Shown: positions 37,039-47,327 of the stretch, one piece after another | Numbering within the stretch: position 1 is the stretch's first letter | Layout of the letters: the number at the start of each line of letters is the position of its first letter | Source of the DNA: a virus | Taxonomy: Duplodnaviria > Caudoviricetes | DNA length: 64,000 nucleotides | Virus record (IMG/VR): IMGVR_UViG_3300035180_001680 | Strand: one strand, 5' to 3' | The notes under the pieces: generated by a model | What the model saw: the letters and a program-made list of their open reading frames with translations, nothing else | What the model was told of the DNA's origin: nothing | The model's database searches: none | Made by a program: the position numbers and the translations under genes

Positions 37039-38451
37039 ATGTCAACATATACACTTTATTGGGCAGATAGTTCCAAACCCCCCATCGTCATTCCTGATCA
37101 AACAATCGATTTGTCTTCCACCAGTTTTAAATTATATGGTCGTGGTGCGAGAAGTTATGGTGAAGGAACTCAAGAAAATTTACTTCGATTACTAGAAAAT
37201 TTTGCTTATAATATACCTCCTTTACATCCAACAGCCGGACAAATGTGGTTTAACACTGTTGATGGAACATACACAAGAGGTCTAAAAGTTTGGGATGACC
37301 AAATTGGTCCAACGGGTGATTGGACTACTCCTTCAAATTTAGACATGTCAGCCATTCAATCTCTAATAAATGCGAAAGTGTCTAAAGCTGGCGATACAAT
37401 GACTGGTTTTTTGACATTAAATGCAGATCCTGTTTCAAACCTTCAAGCAGCAACAAAACAATATGTTGATACAAAACAACCAGCTTTGGGGTTTACTCCT
37501 GTAAATAAAGCTGGCGATACAATGACTGGTTTGCTTACATTGTCGGGTGATCCAACAACGAATCTTCAAGCTGCTACGAAACAATATGTAGATTCATCAA
37601 ATTATGTTTTACCAATATCAACCGGTTCTGTGTTGGGGGGAGTTAAAGTTGGTTCTAATATTACGGAATCTGGTGATGGGACAATTTCGTTAACTCCGAC
37701 TAATGTTATTTCAGCTTTAGGATTTACTCCTGGACCTGTATATACATACACTCTACCGATCGCTTCTAGTTCTGTATTAGGCGGAATTAAGGTTGGAACG
37801 GGTTTATCGATTGACCCTTCAGGAATTTTAAGCATAACACCACCAACAACAACAACACAAGATTTCCTAGATACCTATACACTGATTTATAATTTTAACA
37901 CAGCTAACCCTGCAATTGTTGCTCCCGTTCCCATTATCTTACCAAATACCCCACGTGCAAATGGTATATATACAACAGTTACCTTATACGGAACCACATA
38001 CACGTATTATTTGTTATTCTACGATTCTTTTATCTCTAGAGGGAACTATGGTGCTAATCTAATGTATGGCGTGACACAGACCACGACTGGGTCTTTTGAT
38101 ATTCAGACTATTTCAACCACTTGGTATAATGCAGGACCTGCTCAAATAGTTTTAGTAAATTATAGCAGTAGTAAAACGTTAACGATCCAATTAGATGTTA
38201 CGTTTATAACTAATACTGATGATACAGCAATAATGGATGTATATGCTGGTTCAACATTAATTGATCAGATTGTATCAGGTGGAGCGGGCCAAACTTGGAG
38301 AGTATTCTCAAGAACATACACCCAAACACTTCCACCAAGTTCGAAACAAACATTCAGTGTGTCAGCTACCGTTAGTGGTGGTAGTGACTATAGCGGAGCA
38401 GACCTCGTAGGTATTCCACTTTTAAAAGCATCCTACGTTTCGTTAATATAA
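37039..38451 (+). CDS. Tail/baseplate-associated fiber-like structural protein
   Basis: LYGRG...YGE..QENLLRLLENFA...P..GQMWF module; KAGDTMTG...NLQAATKQYVD repeats; LGGVKVG repeats. Confidence 0.8.
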   Translation: MSTYTLYWADSSKPPIVIPDQTIDLSSTSFKLYGRGARSYGEGTQENLLRLLENFAYNIPPLHPTAGQMWFNTVDGTYTRGLKVWDDQIGPTGDWTTPSNLDMSAIQSLINAKVSKAGDTMTGFLTLNADPVSNLQAATKQYVDTKQPALGFTPVNKAGDTMTGLLTLSGDPTTNLQAATKQYVDSSNYVLPISTGSVLGGVKVGSNITESGDGTISLTPTNVISALGFTPGPVYTYTLPIASSSVLGGIKVGTGLSIDPSGILSITPPTTTTQDFLDTYTLIYNFNTANPAIVAPVPIILPNTPRANGIYTTVTLYGTTYTYYLLFYDSFISRGNYGANLMYGVTQTTTGSFDIQTISTTWYNAGPAQIVLVNYSSSKTLTIQLDVTFITNTDDTAIMDVYAGSTLIDQIVSGGAGQTWRVFSRTYTQTLPPSSKQTFSVSATVSGGSDYSGADLVGIPLLKASYVSLI

Positions 38452-38461
38452 GGGAGATAAA

Positions 38462-38794
38462 ATGAATTTATTTGCAAACATTAGAGATTCAGTGGTAGTT
38501 GGATTAATAAAGACCAACGATGATACTTGGTATGACGCTATTTTGGTAACCGAAGGAACAGATGTGAAAGAGGGATATTTGTATCAAAATGGAACGTTCA
38601 TAGCACCCCTTAAAACACAAGCGTCTAATGCACTCGCTGCATCAGACCTCGTGGTTATTAGGTGTTATTCATCATCTATTCCCGTACCTTCTGAATGGAA
38701 TACATATAGAAATAGTTTACGAGGAATAGTAAACGGAACAGATACAACGAGTACAGTTCTTCCAACTCGACCTTCTTATCCACCAGGAACATAA
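38462..38794 (+). CDS. Tail fiber assembly-like protein
   Basis: LAASD...W.TYR..LR...LP..P motif. Confidence 0.65.
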   Translation: MNLFANIRDSVVVGLIKTNDDTWYDAILVTEGTDVKEGYLYQNGTFIAPLKTQASNALAASDLVVIRCYSSSIPVPSEWNTYRNSLRGIVNGTDTTSTVLPTRPSYPPGT

Positions 38795-38797
38795 TAT

Positions 38798-39127
38798 ATG
38801 AATTATAAACTTTATATTGATGATATTCGAACACCTAACGACAAAAATGATTGGGTAATCGCTCGTTCGTCTGAAAAAGCTATAAGTTTAATAAAGAACT
38901 TGGGGTTCCCATCAATAATAAGTTTTGATCATGATTTGGGTGAAGATGATACTGCGATGAAAGTAGCAAAGTGGATTGTAAACACAGATTTAGATAAAGA
39001 AGAACAAGGGAAACGAGACTGGATTCCTTCTAATTTTAAATTTTTTGTCCACTCAGCAAACCCAACCGGAAAAGCAAACATCGAGGGGTTATTAAATTCA
39101 TATTTAAAACACAAGAGAGGTAATTGA
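38798..39127 (+). CDS. Cyclic-phosphate processing receiver-domain protein
   Basis: KLYIDDIRTP, W.IARS, ISFDHDLG, VHSANP.G..NI. Confidence 0.8.
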   Translation: MNYKLYIDDIRTPNDKNDWVIARSSEKAISLIKNLGFPSIISFDHDLGEDDTAMKVAKWIVNTDLDKEEQGKRDWIPSNFKFFVHSANPTGKANIEGLLNSYLKHKRGN

Positions 39128-39135
39128 AATAATAT

Positions 39136-39164
39136 AAAAAGGGGAAATAAATAATCCCCTTTTT
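39136..39164 (+). terminator. Intrinsic terminator
   Basis: aaaaagggga...tcccctttt. Confidence 0.65.
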
Positions 39165-39245
39165 ATTTTGTTTACTTTAACACAATTATCTAATATAATC
39201 GTAATCAGAAATACAAAATAACACATCACGCAGGAGATCGTTCGA

Positions 39246-41168
39246 ATGGAAAATATCTTTGACTTGTATCGCTCACAATATAAAGAACACTCAACTGAAA
39301 CTATGAGTATTCAAGAGTATCTTGAATTATGCAAAAAAGAGCCGTTAACATATGCTACAGCTGGAGAGCGTATGTTACAAGCAATAGGGGAACCAAAAAT
39401 GGTAAACACGAAAGACGATCCCCGCCTTAGCCGTATTTTTATGAATCGTGTCATTAAAGTTTATCCTGCTTTTGAAGATTTTTATGGTATTGAAGATTCT
39501 GTTGAGCAGATAGTTTCATTTTTTACACACGCTGCTCAAGGTCTAGAAGAGAAGAAACAAATCCTCTATCTGCTTGGTCCTGTCGGAAGTTCCAAGTCTA
39601 GTATTGCAGAACGTTTGAAAGAATTAATGGAAAAAATTCCATTTTATGCGATTGAAGGTTCTCCAATCTTTGAATCACCTCTTGGATTATTCAACGTTAC
39701 AGAACACGGAAAGTTTTTAGAAGATAATTATGGTATTGATCGCCGTTATCTTGGACACATTATGTCTCCTTGGGCCGCAAAACGCTTACGTGAATTTGAT
39801 GGAGATATTTCCAAATTCCGAGTTGTTAAACGTTGGCCTTCTCGTCTTAACCAAGTTGCAATTACAAAAACAGAACCTGGTGATGAAAACAACCAAGATA
39901 TTTCGTCTCTCGTTGGTAAAGTAGATATTCGAAAATTGGAAGAATACTCTCAAGATGATCCAGATGCATACAGTTATAGTGGTGGTCTGTGTTTAGCCAA
40001 TCAGGGGATTCTTGAATTCGTTGAAATGTTCAAAGCACCAATCAAAATTTTACATCCTCTGTTAACAGCGACACAAGAAGGCAATTATAATGGTGTTGAG
40101 GGTGCAGCTATTCCATTTAGTGGTGTAATTCTTGCACATAGTAACGAAAGTGAATGGACTGCTTTCCGAAACAATAAAACGAATGAAGCATTTTTGGATC
40201 GTGTTTATATTGTTAAAGTTCCATATTGCTTGCGTGTATCAGATGAAACCCAAATTTACCGCAAGCTTCTTCGAGGTAGTGCTTTGTATGCATCACCATG
40301 TGCGCCTGGAACACTGGAAATGATGGCTCGTTTCGCTGTATTGACACGATTGAAAGAACCTGGTAATTCTGCTTTGTATTCAAAGATGCGTGTATATGAT
40401 GGAGAAAATCTGAAAGATAGTGATCCTAAGGCGAAACCCATTCAAGAGTATCACGACGAAGCAGGTGTAGATGAGGGCATGAGTGGATTATCAACTCGAT
40501 TTGCATATAAGATCCTTTCGAGGGTGTTCAATTATGATTCTCAAGAAGTTGCTGCGAATCCAGTTCATTTAATGTATGTTCTCGAAAAACAGATCGAACA
40601 AGAACAATTTCCACCAGACACAGAAGAAAGATATATTGATTTCATTAAAAGTGTTCTGGCTCCAAAATATGCAGAATATTTGGACAAAGAAATACGGACT
40701 GCATACTTTGAAAATGCAGATGAATATGGTCAAAATCTATTCGAGCGGTACTTGACATATGCGGATGCTTGGATTCAAGATGTTGATTTTCGAGATCCTG
40801 ATACAGGTGAAATGTACGAACGGAGTGCTTTGAATTCAGAATTGGAAAAAGTTGAGAAACCAAGCGGAATCGCCAATCCAAAAGATTTTCGCAGTGAAGT
40901 TGTCAGTTACGTTCTTCGTCAACGAGCTGCTAATGGTGGAAAGACTCCTGACTGGAAATCATATGAGAAGATTAAAGATGTAATCGAAAAACGAATCTTC
41001 GCTTCAACAGAAGAATTATTGCCCGTAATAACCTTTACTTCAAAGGGAAGTTCTGAAGATCAGAAAAAACATAATGGGTTTGTTCAGCGTATGGTTGAAA
41101 AAGGATACACTGAAAAACAAGTAAGATTATTGGTGGAGTGGTTCCTTAGATGGCGCAAAAATAATTAA
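39246..41168 (+). CDS. prkA: PrkA/YeaG family AAA+ / serine kinase
   Basis: LGPVGSSKSS, EPGDENNQDISSLVGKVDIRKL, EFVEMFKAPIK.LHPLL.ATQEG. Confidence 0.95.
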   Translation: MENIFDLYRSQYKEHSTETMSIQEYLELCKKEPLTYATAGERMLQAIGEPKMVNTKDDPRLSRIFMNRVIKVYPAFEDFYGIEDSVEQIVSFFTHAAQGLEEKKQILYLLGPVGSSKSSIAERLKELMEKIPFYAIEGSPIFESPLGLFNVTEHGKFLEDNYGIDRRYLGHIMSPWAAKRLREFDGDISKFRVVKRWPSRLNQVAITKTEPGDENNQDISSLVGKVDIRKLEEYSQDDPDAYSYSGGLCLANQGILEFVEMFKAPIKILHPLLTATQEGNYNGVEGAAIPFSGVILAHSNESEWTAFRNNKTNEAFLDRVYIVKVPYCLRVSDETQIYRKLLRGSALYASPCAPGTLEMMARFAVLTRLKEPGNSALYSKMRVYDGENLKDSDPKAKPIQEYHDEAGVDEGMSGLSTRFAYKILSRVFNYDSQEVAANPVHLMYVLEKQIEQEQFPPDTEERYIDFIKSVLAPKYAEYLDKEIRTAYFENADEYGQNLFERYLTYADAWIQDVDFRDPDTGEMYERSALNSELEKVEKPSGIANPKDFRSEVVSYVLRQRAANGGKTPDWKSYEKIKDVIEKRIFASTEELLPVITFTSKGSSEDQKKHNGFVQRMVEKGYTEKQVRLLVEWFLRWRKNN

Positions 41169-41390
41169 TCTTTATAATCGAGGAGTTAGAGAGGAACCAT
41201 TGGTTCCTCTCTATTGTTCATACTTACACTTCTTTTTGTTATTTTCTGTCGCTGTTAATATTTGCAGATTCGATAAACAACGTAAACCACACACAGTATC
41301 ACTGTTCACACTTCATACTTCAAAAGTAACATCTGTTGTAAGGGGGCAATTTTTGATATATAATAGAAACTATTATTCACGGAGTACAGA

Positions 41391-42710
41391 ATGAGTTTTC
41401 AAATTTTGGACCGAAGAAAGAATGGTAAAAATAAAAGCTCTGCAAATCGTCAGCGTTTTATCCGGCGAGTAAAAAGTAGAGTTCGGGAAGCTGTTAAGAA
41501 ATCTATCACATCGGGAAACATTCGTGATATTATTTCACCTGGCGACCAGAATGTTAATATCCCAACAAAAGATATTAATGAACCTCATTTTACTCATTCG
41601 TCTGATTCAGGTGAACTTGAACGTATCTTACCTGGAAATAAAAAATATGTTCCAGGAGACAGAATCCCAAAACCACCTCCTCAAGATGGTAAGGGTGGGA
41701 ATGGTTCCGGTGGAGGTGGTGAACAGAACGATGACTTTGAGTTCGCTATTACTCACGACGAATACATGGATGTGTTCTTTGAAGATTTGGAGCTTCCCGA
41801 TTTAGTTAAAAAGGGGCTTGCTCAAACAGAAGAAATAAAGGTAAAACGAGCTGGGTTTGCTGTTGATGGTAATCCAAGTAAATTAAACTACGTACGTTCT
41901 CTTCGACAGTCAGTTGGACGGCGGGCTGCTTTACGTACTCCAAAAAAACGAAAACTACGAGAGCTAGAAACAGAACTTTCGGAACTTTATGAATTCATTG
42001 AAAATAATAAAGATGAAAATGGAAATCTAATAACGGAGTGTGAAGAACAACAACTTCGGATTATTCAACTTGAACATGAAATAGCTGTTCTTAAAAAGAA
42101 AATTAAGGCTGTTCCATTTATTGATTCAATTGATTTGCGTTATAACAGATTTGAGATAGTTCGAACCCCAATTACTCAAGCTGTGATGTTTTGTGTCATG
42201 GACGTATCTGGTAGTATGGGTGAATATGAAAAAGATTTAGCAAAACGATTTTTCATGTTATTGTATTTATTTCTACACCGAAATTACAAATATGTGGATG
42301 TCGTATTTGTTAAACATCACACAGCAGCTTTTGAAGTAGACGAAGAAAACTTCTTTTATTCTCGTGAATCAGGCGGAACCATGGTTTCTTCCGCAACAAC
42401 TCTCGTGAAAAACATAATTGAAGAACGATATGATCCATCGAAATGGAACATTTATGTGTGCCAAGCAAGTGATGGAGATAACGATGTGGATGATTGTCAA
42501 CAGGTTGTCGAAACGCTTATTAAAGATATTCTTCCTATGTCACAATATTATGCTTACGTCCAAGTTAATAATCCTGATAACATCATGTCGCAGGTATACC
42601 AACATTACTTATTGGGGAAACATGAGAATTTTGCAATGGCTATAATTGAAGAACCAAGTGATATATATCCTGTTTTCCACAACCTATTCGAAAAGGACAC
42701 ATCCAAATGA
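41391..42710 (+). CDS. yeaH: YeaH/YhbH (DUF444) vWA-like protein
   Basis: DRRKNGKNKS..NRQRF, AVMFCVMDVSGSM, ESGGT.VSS, QASDGDN. Confidence 0.93.
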   Translation: MSFQILDRRKNGKNKSSANRQRFIRRVKSRVREAVKKSITSGNIRDIISPGDQNVNIPTKDINEPHFTHSSDSGELERILPGNKKYVPGDRIPKPPPQDGKGGNGSGGGGEQNDDFEFAITHDEYMDVFFEDLELPDLVKKGLAQTEEIKVKRAGFAVDGNPSKLNYVRSLRQSVGRRAALRTPKKRKLRELETELSELYEFIENNKDENGNLITECEEQQLRIIQLEHEIAVLKKKIKAVPFIDSIDLRYNRFEIVRTPITQAVMFCVMDVSGSMGEYEKDLAKRFFMLLYLFLHRNYKYVDVVFVKHHTAAFEVDEENFFYSRESGGTMVSSATTLVKNIIEERYDPSKWNIYVCQASDGDNDVDDCQQVVETLIKDILPMSQYYAYVQVNNPDNIMSQVYQHYLLGKHENFAMAIIEEPSDIYPVFHNLFEKDTSK

Positions 42711-44965
42711 GTGAACCAATTACCACGTCAAGTGATTGGAATTTTGAATTAATTGAAAAGTTTTATAAAGAAATAGAAACCATTGCTGTAGAAGAACTGG
42801 GTTTGGACGTATATCCAAACCAAATTGAAGTGATTTCTGCAGAGCAGATGTTGGACGCATATTGTATAACTCCTGACCACAAATTGTTAAAACAAGATTT
42901 GAGTTGGATTGAGGCAGGTAATATTAAGGTTGGTGATGTGGTGTTAGGATTTGACGAACATGGACCTCATCGTAGATATCGTTCTGCGATCGTTCAAGGT
43001 GCAGAACGAGTTACAAAACCGGTATATTGTGTTACTTTATCATCTGGAAAGCAATTTAAAGTAACAGGTAATCACTTGTGGCTTGTTCGACAGCAAAAGG
43101 GAGCAACATCTGTGCTTCAGTGGAGAGCAACAACACAACTACGAACAACAAAAGATACAAGATTTTCCGCATCTCGTATACCTAAATTAATGGATGTGTG
43201 GTCTGAAATAAACACCAAAGACGCTGGCTGGCTGGCTGGTATGTATGACGGTGAAGGAAATATTATTCGTGGATCAGTACAGGCGTTGTGTATTTCCCAG
43301 AATGAAGGTCCGACCTTAAACAAAATCAAACAAATAATTGGCGAATTGGGATATACGTTCTATCAAGCTGATAAAAAGTCAGGACGGGGGATTTGTAAGA
43401 CAATTGGATTAACTGGTTCTTCCAGTGCAGATCAACTTCGTTTCTTAGGAGAAATTCGTCCTGAACGAATTATTTCAAAGATATCTTTTGACCAACTAGG
43501 TTTAATGAAGACGTCCAATTACGAAGAGGTGGAATCAGTACAATTAATTGGTGACCTTGAAATTGTAAAGATTACAACATCAACCGGCACCTTCGTTTGT
43601 GATGGTTATCCAATGCACAATTCAAGTGTTGGGATGCCAATTATGTACAACCACTGGTCGTTTGGTAAAGACTTCATCACAAACAATAATGGCTACAAAC
43701 AAGGTCAAATGGGTCTTGCATATGAAATTGTATTGAATACTAATCCATGCCTTGTGTATTTAATGGAAGAGAATACCATGATGATGCAAGCATTGGTTAT
43801 AGCTCATGCTGCTTTTGGACACAATGCTTTTTTTAAGAATAACTATTTGTTTAAAGAATGGACGCAAGCCGACACAATCGTTGATTATCTGGTATTCGCG
43901 AAGCATTATATTTCCGAGTGTGAGGAGAAATATGGTGTTCAACAAGTTGAGAGTTTGTTGGATGCTTGCCACGCTCTCCAAAATTATGGTGTGGACAAAT
44001 ACCACCGTTCTGGAAAATTGTCTGTTGAAAAAGAACGAGCAAAACAGAATGAACGAGCGATTTATGTTCAAAGTCAACTAAACGATTTGTGGAGAACAAT
44101 TTCAGGTTCCCAAGATGTTGTTGTGGACAAGGGAACGAATGATGTGTTCCCTGCTGAACCACAGGAAAATATATTATATTTCTTGGAGAAACATTCCCCG
44201 AACCTTGAAACATGGCAACGAGAGATTATTCGTATTGTTCGTAAGATCGCTCAATATTTCCACCCTCAGAGAGCCACAAAAGTAATGAATGAGGGTTTTG
44301 CGACCTTTATCCATTACACAATCATGCAACGGTTGAGAGAAAAAGGATTAATTACGGATGGGTTTATGATGGAATTTCTTCGGGATCATACTAACGTTGT
44401 AATGCAACCATCATTTGAGTCAAAATATTTTAGTGGACTAAATCCATATGCACTCGGATTTGCAATGTTTCAGGACATTCGACGTATTTGTGAGAATCCT
44501 ACTGAAGAAGACAAACGTTGGTTCCCTGAATGGGCTGGGGATCCTGACTGGATAAGCGTTGTCAAGCATGCCGTTGTGAATTTTAAAGATGACGGTTTCA
44601 TTTTACAGTTCTTGTCTCCGACAGTAATGCGCAACATGAAGATGTTTTCTTTGAAAGATTCTCGCAATGAACATAACTATGAAGTAACAGCAATTCATAA
44701 TGATGAAGGATTTAAACATATTCGTAGAGTTCTTTCCGAACAACACAACCCATCTTTGTTAATCCCAGATATTCAAGTTGTAAGGGTTGACAAGTGGGGA
44801 ACACGAAAATTATTACTTCAACACAATATCGTTGATGGGAAGTTATTGGATGCGAAACAAGCTGATAGAGTAGTATCATTAATACATACTCTTTGGAAAT
44901 ACGATGTGGTATTATGCTCTGTTGATGATAGAGGACAGGTAAAAGCTACACATTATTCCTTATAA
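42707..44965 (+). CDS. spoVR: SpoVR/YcgB family protein containing an intein
   Basis: YPNQIEVI.AEQMLDAY|SSVGMP..Y.HWSFGK, IAHAAFGHNAFFKNN, MNEGFA. Confidence 0.93.
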   Translation: MSEPITTSSDWNFELIEKFYKEIETIAVEELGLDVYPNQIEVISAEQMLDAYCITPDHKLLKQDLSWIEAGNIKVGDVVLGFDEHGPHRRYRSAIVQGAERVTKPVYCVTLSSGKQFKVTGNHLWLVRQQKGATSVLQWRATTQLRTTKDTRFSASRIPKLMDVWSEINTKDAGWLAGMYDGEGNIIRGSVQALCISQNEGPTLNKIKQIIGELGYTFYQADKKSGRGICKTIGLTGSSSADQLRFLGEIRPERIISKISFDQLGLMKTSNYEEVESVQLIGDLEIVKITTSTGTFVCDGYPMHNSSVGMPIMYNHWSFGKDFITNNNGYKQGQMGLAYEIVLNTNPCLVYLMEENTMMMQALVIAHAAFGHNAFFKNNYLFKEWTQADTIVDYLVFAKHYISECEEKYGVQQVESLLDACHALQNYGVDKYHRSGKLSVEKERAKQNERAIYVQSQLNDLWRTISGSQDVVVDKGTNDVFPAEPQENILYFLEKHSPNLETWQREIIRIVRKIAQYFHPQRATKVMNEGFATFIHYTIMQRLREKGLITDGFMMEFLRDHTNVVMQPSFESKYFSGLNPYALGFAMFQDIRRICENPTEEDKRWFPEWAGDPDWISVVKHAVVNFKDDGFILQFLSPTVMRNMKMFSLKDSRNEHNYEVTAIHNDEGFKHIRRVLSEQHNPSLLIPDIQVVRVDKWGTRKLLLQHNIVDGKLLDAKQADRVVSLIHTLWKYDVVLCSVDDRGQVKATHYSL
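42863..43621 (+). mobile_element. Intein (253 aa) with partial LAGLIDADG domain
   Basis: Starts CITPDH, ends FVCDGYPMHN followed by Ser; WLAGMYDGEG motif. Confidence 0.92.
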
Positions 44966-44966
44966 G

Positions 44967-44974
44967 TATAAATA
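44967..44974 (+). promoter_or_regulatory. T4-like late promoter TATAAATA
   Basis: Exact motif before an AAGGAG RBS. Confidence 0.6.
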
Positions 44975-45006
44975 TCTATTATACTTGGTCATGAAGGAGA
45001 TTTTAA

Positions 45007-45600
45007 ATGGGATTAATTAGAGAAATCAATACTGCGTTGGAAGATCACATTAAAGCTGAAGAAGAATTCTTTGGTGCTTTATATGAAAAAATAGAAACAG
45101 TTTTAGAAAAGGAATATCATTCTGAATTGTTTGAGAGTGCAGAACAATTTTTGAATCAAATGGCTGACATTATTAAAACAGGAAAGGATTTAGACCCTGA
45201 TCAAGCTGGCGCGATGGGTGCAAAACTTGCTGCTCTTCAGTTGTTGGCAAATCCTGGAACTCGAAGTTCAGCGTTATCTGTTATTGCTGGTGCAGATGCA
45301 GCTAAAAAGTTATCCATAATCATGAAACAAGCTTCTGGATCAGATCAACCCGTGGGTCAAGTGGATAAGGTTTTGATTGCATTAGCAAATAAAGTTGGAA
45401 AATCTGGTGTAACCCAGAATACCCAAATGCTGACGGGATTGGGTAATATGGACGAGAAAGCAAGAGCGACAAAGGCCAATCAATTGATAGGCCTTGCAAA
45501 TACGTTCAAACAACTGGATGCACAAATTCAACAAGCTCCTGCTCAACCATCTCGAGCTCCAACCGGAAACACACCACCAGCCGCCCAGGCTGGAGTTTAA
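45007..45600 (+). CDS. Hypothetical, probably virion protein
   Basis: Late promoter; Ala-rich helical sequence. Confidence 0.65.
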   Translation: MGLIREINTALEDHIKAEEEFFGALYEKIETVLEKEYHSELFESAEQFLNQMADIIKTGKDLDPDQAGAMGAKLAALQLLANPGTRSSALSVIAGADAAKKLSIIMKQASGSDQPVGQVDKVLIALANKVGKSGVTQNTQMLTGLGNMDEKARATKANQLIGLANTFKQLDAQIQQAPAQPSRAPTGNTPPAAQAGV

Positions 45601-45885
45601 TGTTGACTTTTCTCCCCTTTTAGTGTATAGTGCAGTTTGCTATCACTTCAAGGGAAGAAAAATGAAATTATTTGAACTGTTTTGTGTTATTCAGTCTTTT
45701 AAAGATAAGTTAAATGCTTGGAACCTGTATGTGTGTTATTATATTGGAGTTGCGTTGAGTAGTATTCGACACGATCCTCCAGTCGATTTATTTACGGAAC
45801 TGTAACTCCATAAATTTACACATCTAATTTTTTTGAAAAAAGACAATAAATACATTTAACAGGAGACACATAAAGACTCAAATTA

Positions 45886-46443
45886 ATGTTAAGTAAACTC
45901 AATAATGAACAAAACACAAAAGACTCGATTATCGAGAACATGACAGTATTGTGTTCAGATGTGTTGAGTGACTCTTCATTATTGGAGTCTAAAAACAATC
46001 TTAATGGTGTGATTAAGAAGGTTTTAGTTACAAACAAAGACATATCACCACATCTTGCAAATACACTTGCAAAGACTATACTATTTTCAAAGATGATGGA
46101 AGAGATAGTGGAACGTAAAAAACGTTACAAAAAATACTCTCTCCTACAAAAAGTTTATGATCATATAACTGACAAAACCGCACAAAAACTATCTTCCGCT
46201 TCTGAAGATGGTGGTGTGGATGTTAGTATCATCGATCTTACTACTGAAGTTATTAAATCGTTAAGAGGAAAAGCTGAATCTGTTGATGATGTTCAACAGA
46301 CATTTAATGCAATCGTAGATCGTTTAACCAAAACATCCTCTAACCGAAATCAGCTCGACATAATGAAACTTGCTTCTAAAATTGTTCAAAGTAATCAGAA
46401 TACAGAAAAACGAAAAGAAATAATCAATCAATTTATTGAATAA
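45886..46443 (+). CDS. Hypothetical protein
   Basis: ORF track; GGAGA upstream. Confidence 0.65.
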   Translation: MLSKLNNEQNTKDSIIENMTVLCSDVLSDSSLLESKNNLNGVIKKVLVTNKDISPHLANTLAKTILFSKMMEEIVERKKRYKKYSLLQKVYDHITDKTAQKLSSASEDGGVDVSIIDLTTEVIKSLRGKAESVDDVQQTFNAIVDRLTKTSSNRNQLDIMKLASKIVQSNQNTEKRKEIINQFIE

Positions 46444-46521
46444 CAATCTTTTATGAAAGGAGGAAATGCCTTACCACAATCTTAATCGTTTGAATTTTAC
46501 AATAACAATAAGGAGAGGTCT

Positions 46522-47289
46522 ATGTCCGCAAAAAGAAATCGTCGTCAAAGTAACAGATCATCAGAACTTATATTAATAAACAATAACATAAAAGCAGTTG
46601 AAGAAGGTCCAGTCAGGAAACATTGGACCAAGCATGATATCAAAACAATTCGTCCTTTAACAGCTAATCAACATAACATGTTCAGTCAATATTTTCAAGG
46701 GGATAACCTTGTTGCTTATGGTTCTGCTGGAACCGGAAAAACATTTCTTGCACTTTACCTTGCTTTGTGTGATGTTTTAGATGGAAATAAACCTCAAGAT
46801 CACGTTATTATTGTTCGTTCGGCTGTAACAACCAGAGAGTTAGGTTTCATGCCAGGAACACTTGAAGAGAAAGTCTCGTTATTTGAAAACCCATACCGAG
46901 ATATACTCAATGAGCTGTTCGGACGGTTTGGCACTTATGATAACATGAAGGAAGCGAATTTAATACGCTTTGTAACTACATCATACGTTCGTGGTGTAAC
47001 ATGGGATAATGCCCTTGTTGTTATTGATGAGGGGCAGAATATGACCAGTCATGAAATTCATAGTATAATGACGAGAATTGGAAACAACTCTCGAGTTATC
47101 TTTACAGGAGATTTAGCTCAAAACGATCTCACAAACGGGAAGAGGGCCGAAAGTTCTGGAATGAAGCGCATGTTAAAGATTGCTGAAAAAATGAAAGAAT
47201 TCTCTTCTGTATATTTCACGGTTGATGATATCGTGAGAAGTGAGTTTGTTAAGTCTTGGATTATTGCAAGTGAATCTGTAGAAGAATAA
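46522..47289 (+). CDS. phoH: PhoH-like ATPase
   Basis: GSAGTGKTFLA, RELGFMPG.L.EK, RGVTWDNA.VVIDEGQN, GD..QND, DDIVRS. Confidence 0.93.
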   Translation: MSAKRNRRQSNRSSELILINNNIKAVEEGPVRKHWTKHDIKTIRPLTANQHNMFSQYFQGDNLVAYGSAGTGKTFLALYLALCDVLDGNKPQDHVIIVRSAVTTRELGFMPGTLEEKVSLFENPYRDILNELFGRFGTYDNMKEANLIRFVTTSYVRGVTWDNALVVIDEGQNMTSHEIHSIMTRIGNNSRVIFTGDLAQNDLTNGKRAESSGMKRMLKIAEKMKEFSSVYFTVDDIVRSEFVKSWIIASESVEE

Positions 47290-47298
47290 ATCTATATC

Positions 47299-47327
47299 AA
47301 ACAAAGGGAGATTATCTCCCTTTGTTT
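47299..47327. terminator. Bidirectional terminator
   Basis: aaacaaagggaga-tta-tctccctttgttt between convergent genes. Confidence 0.85.
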
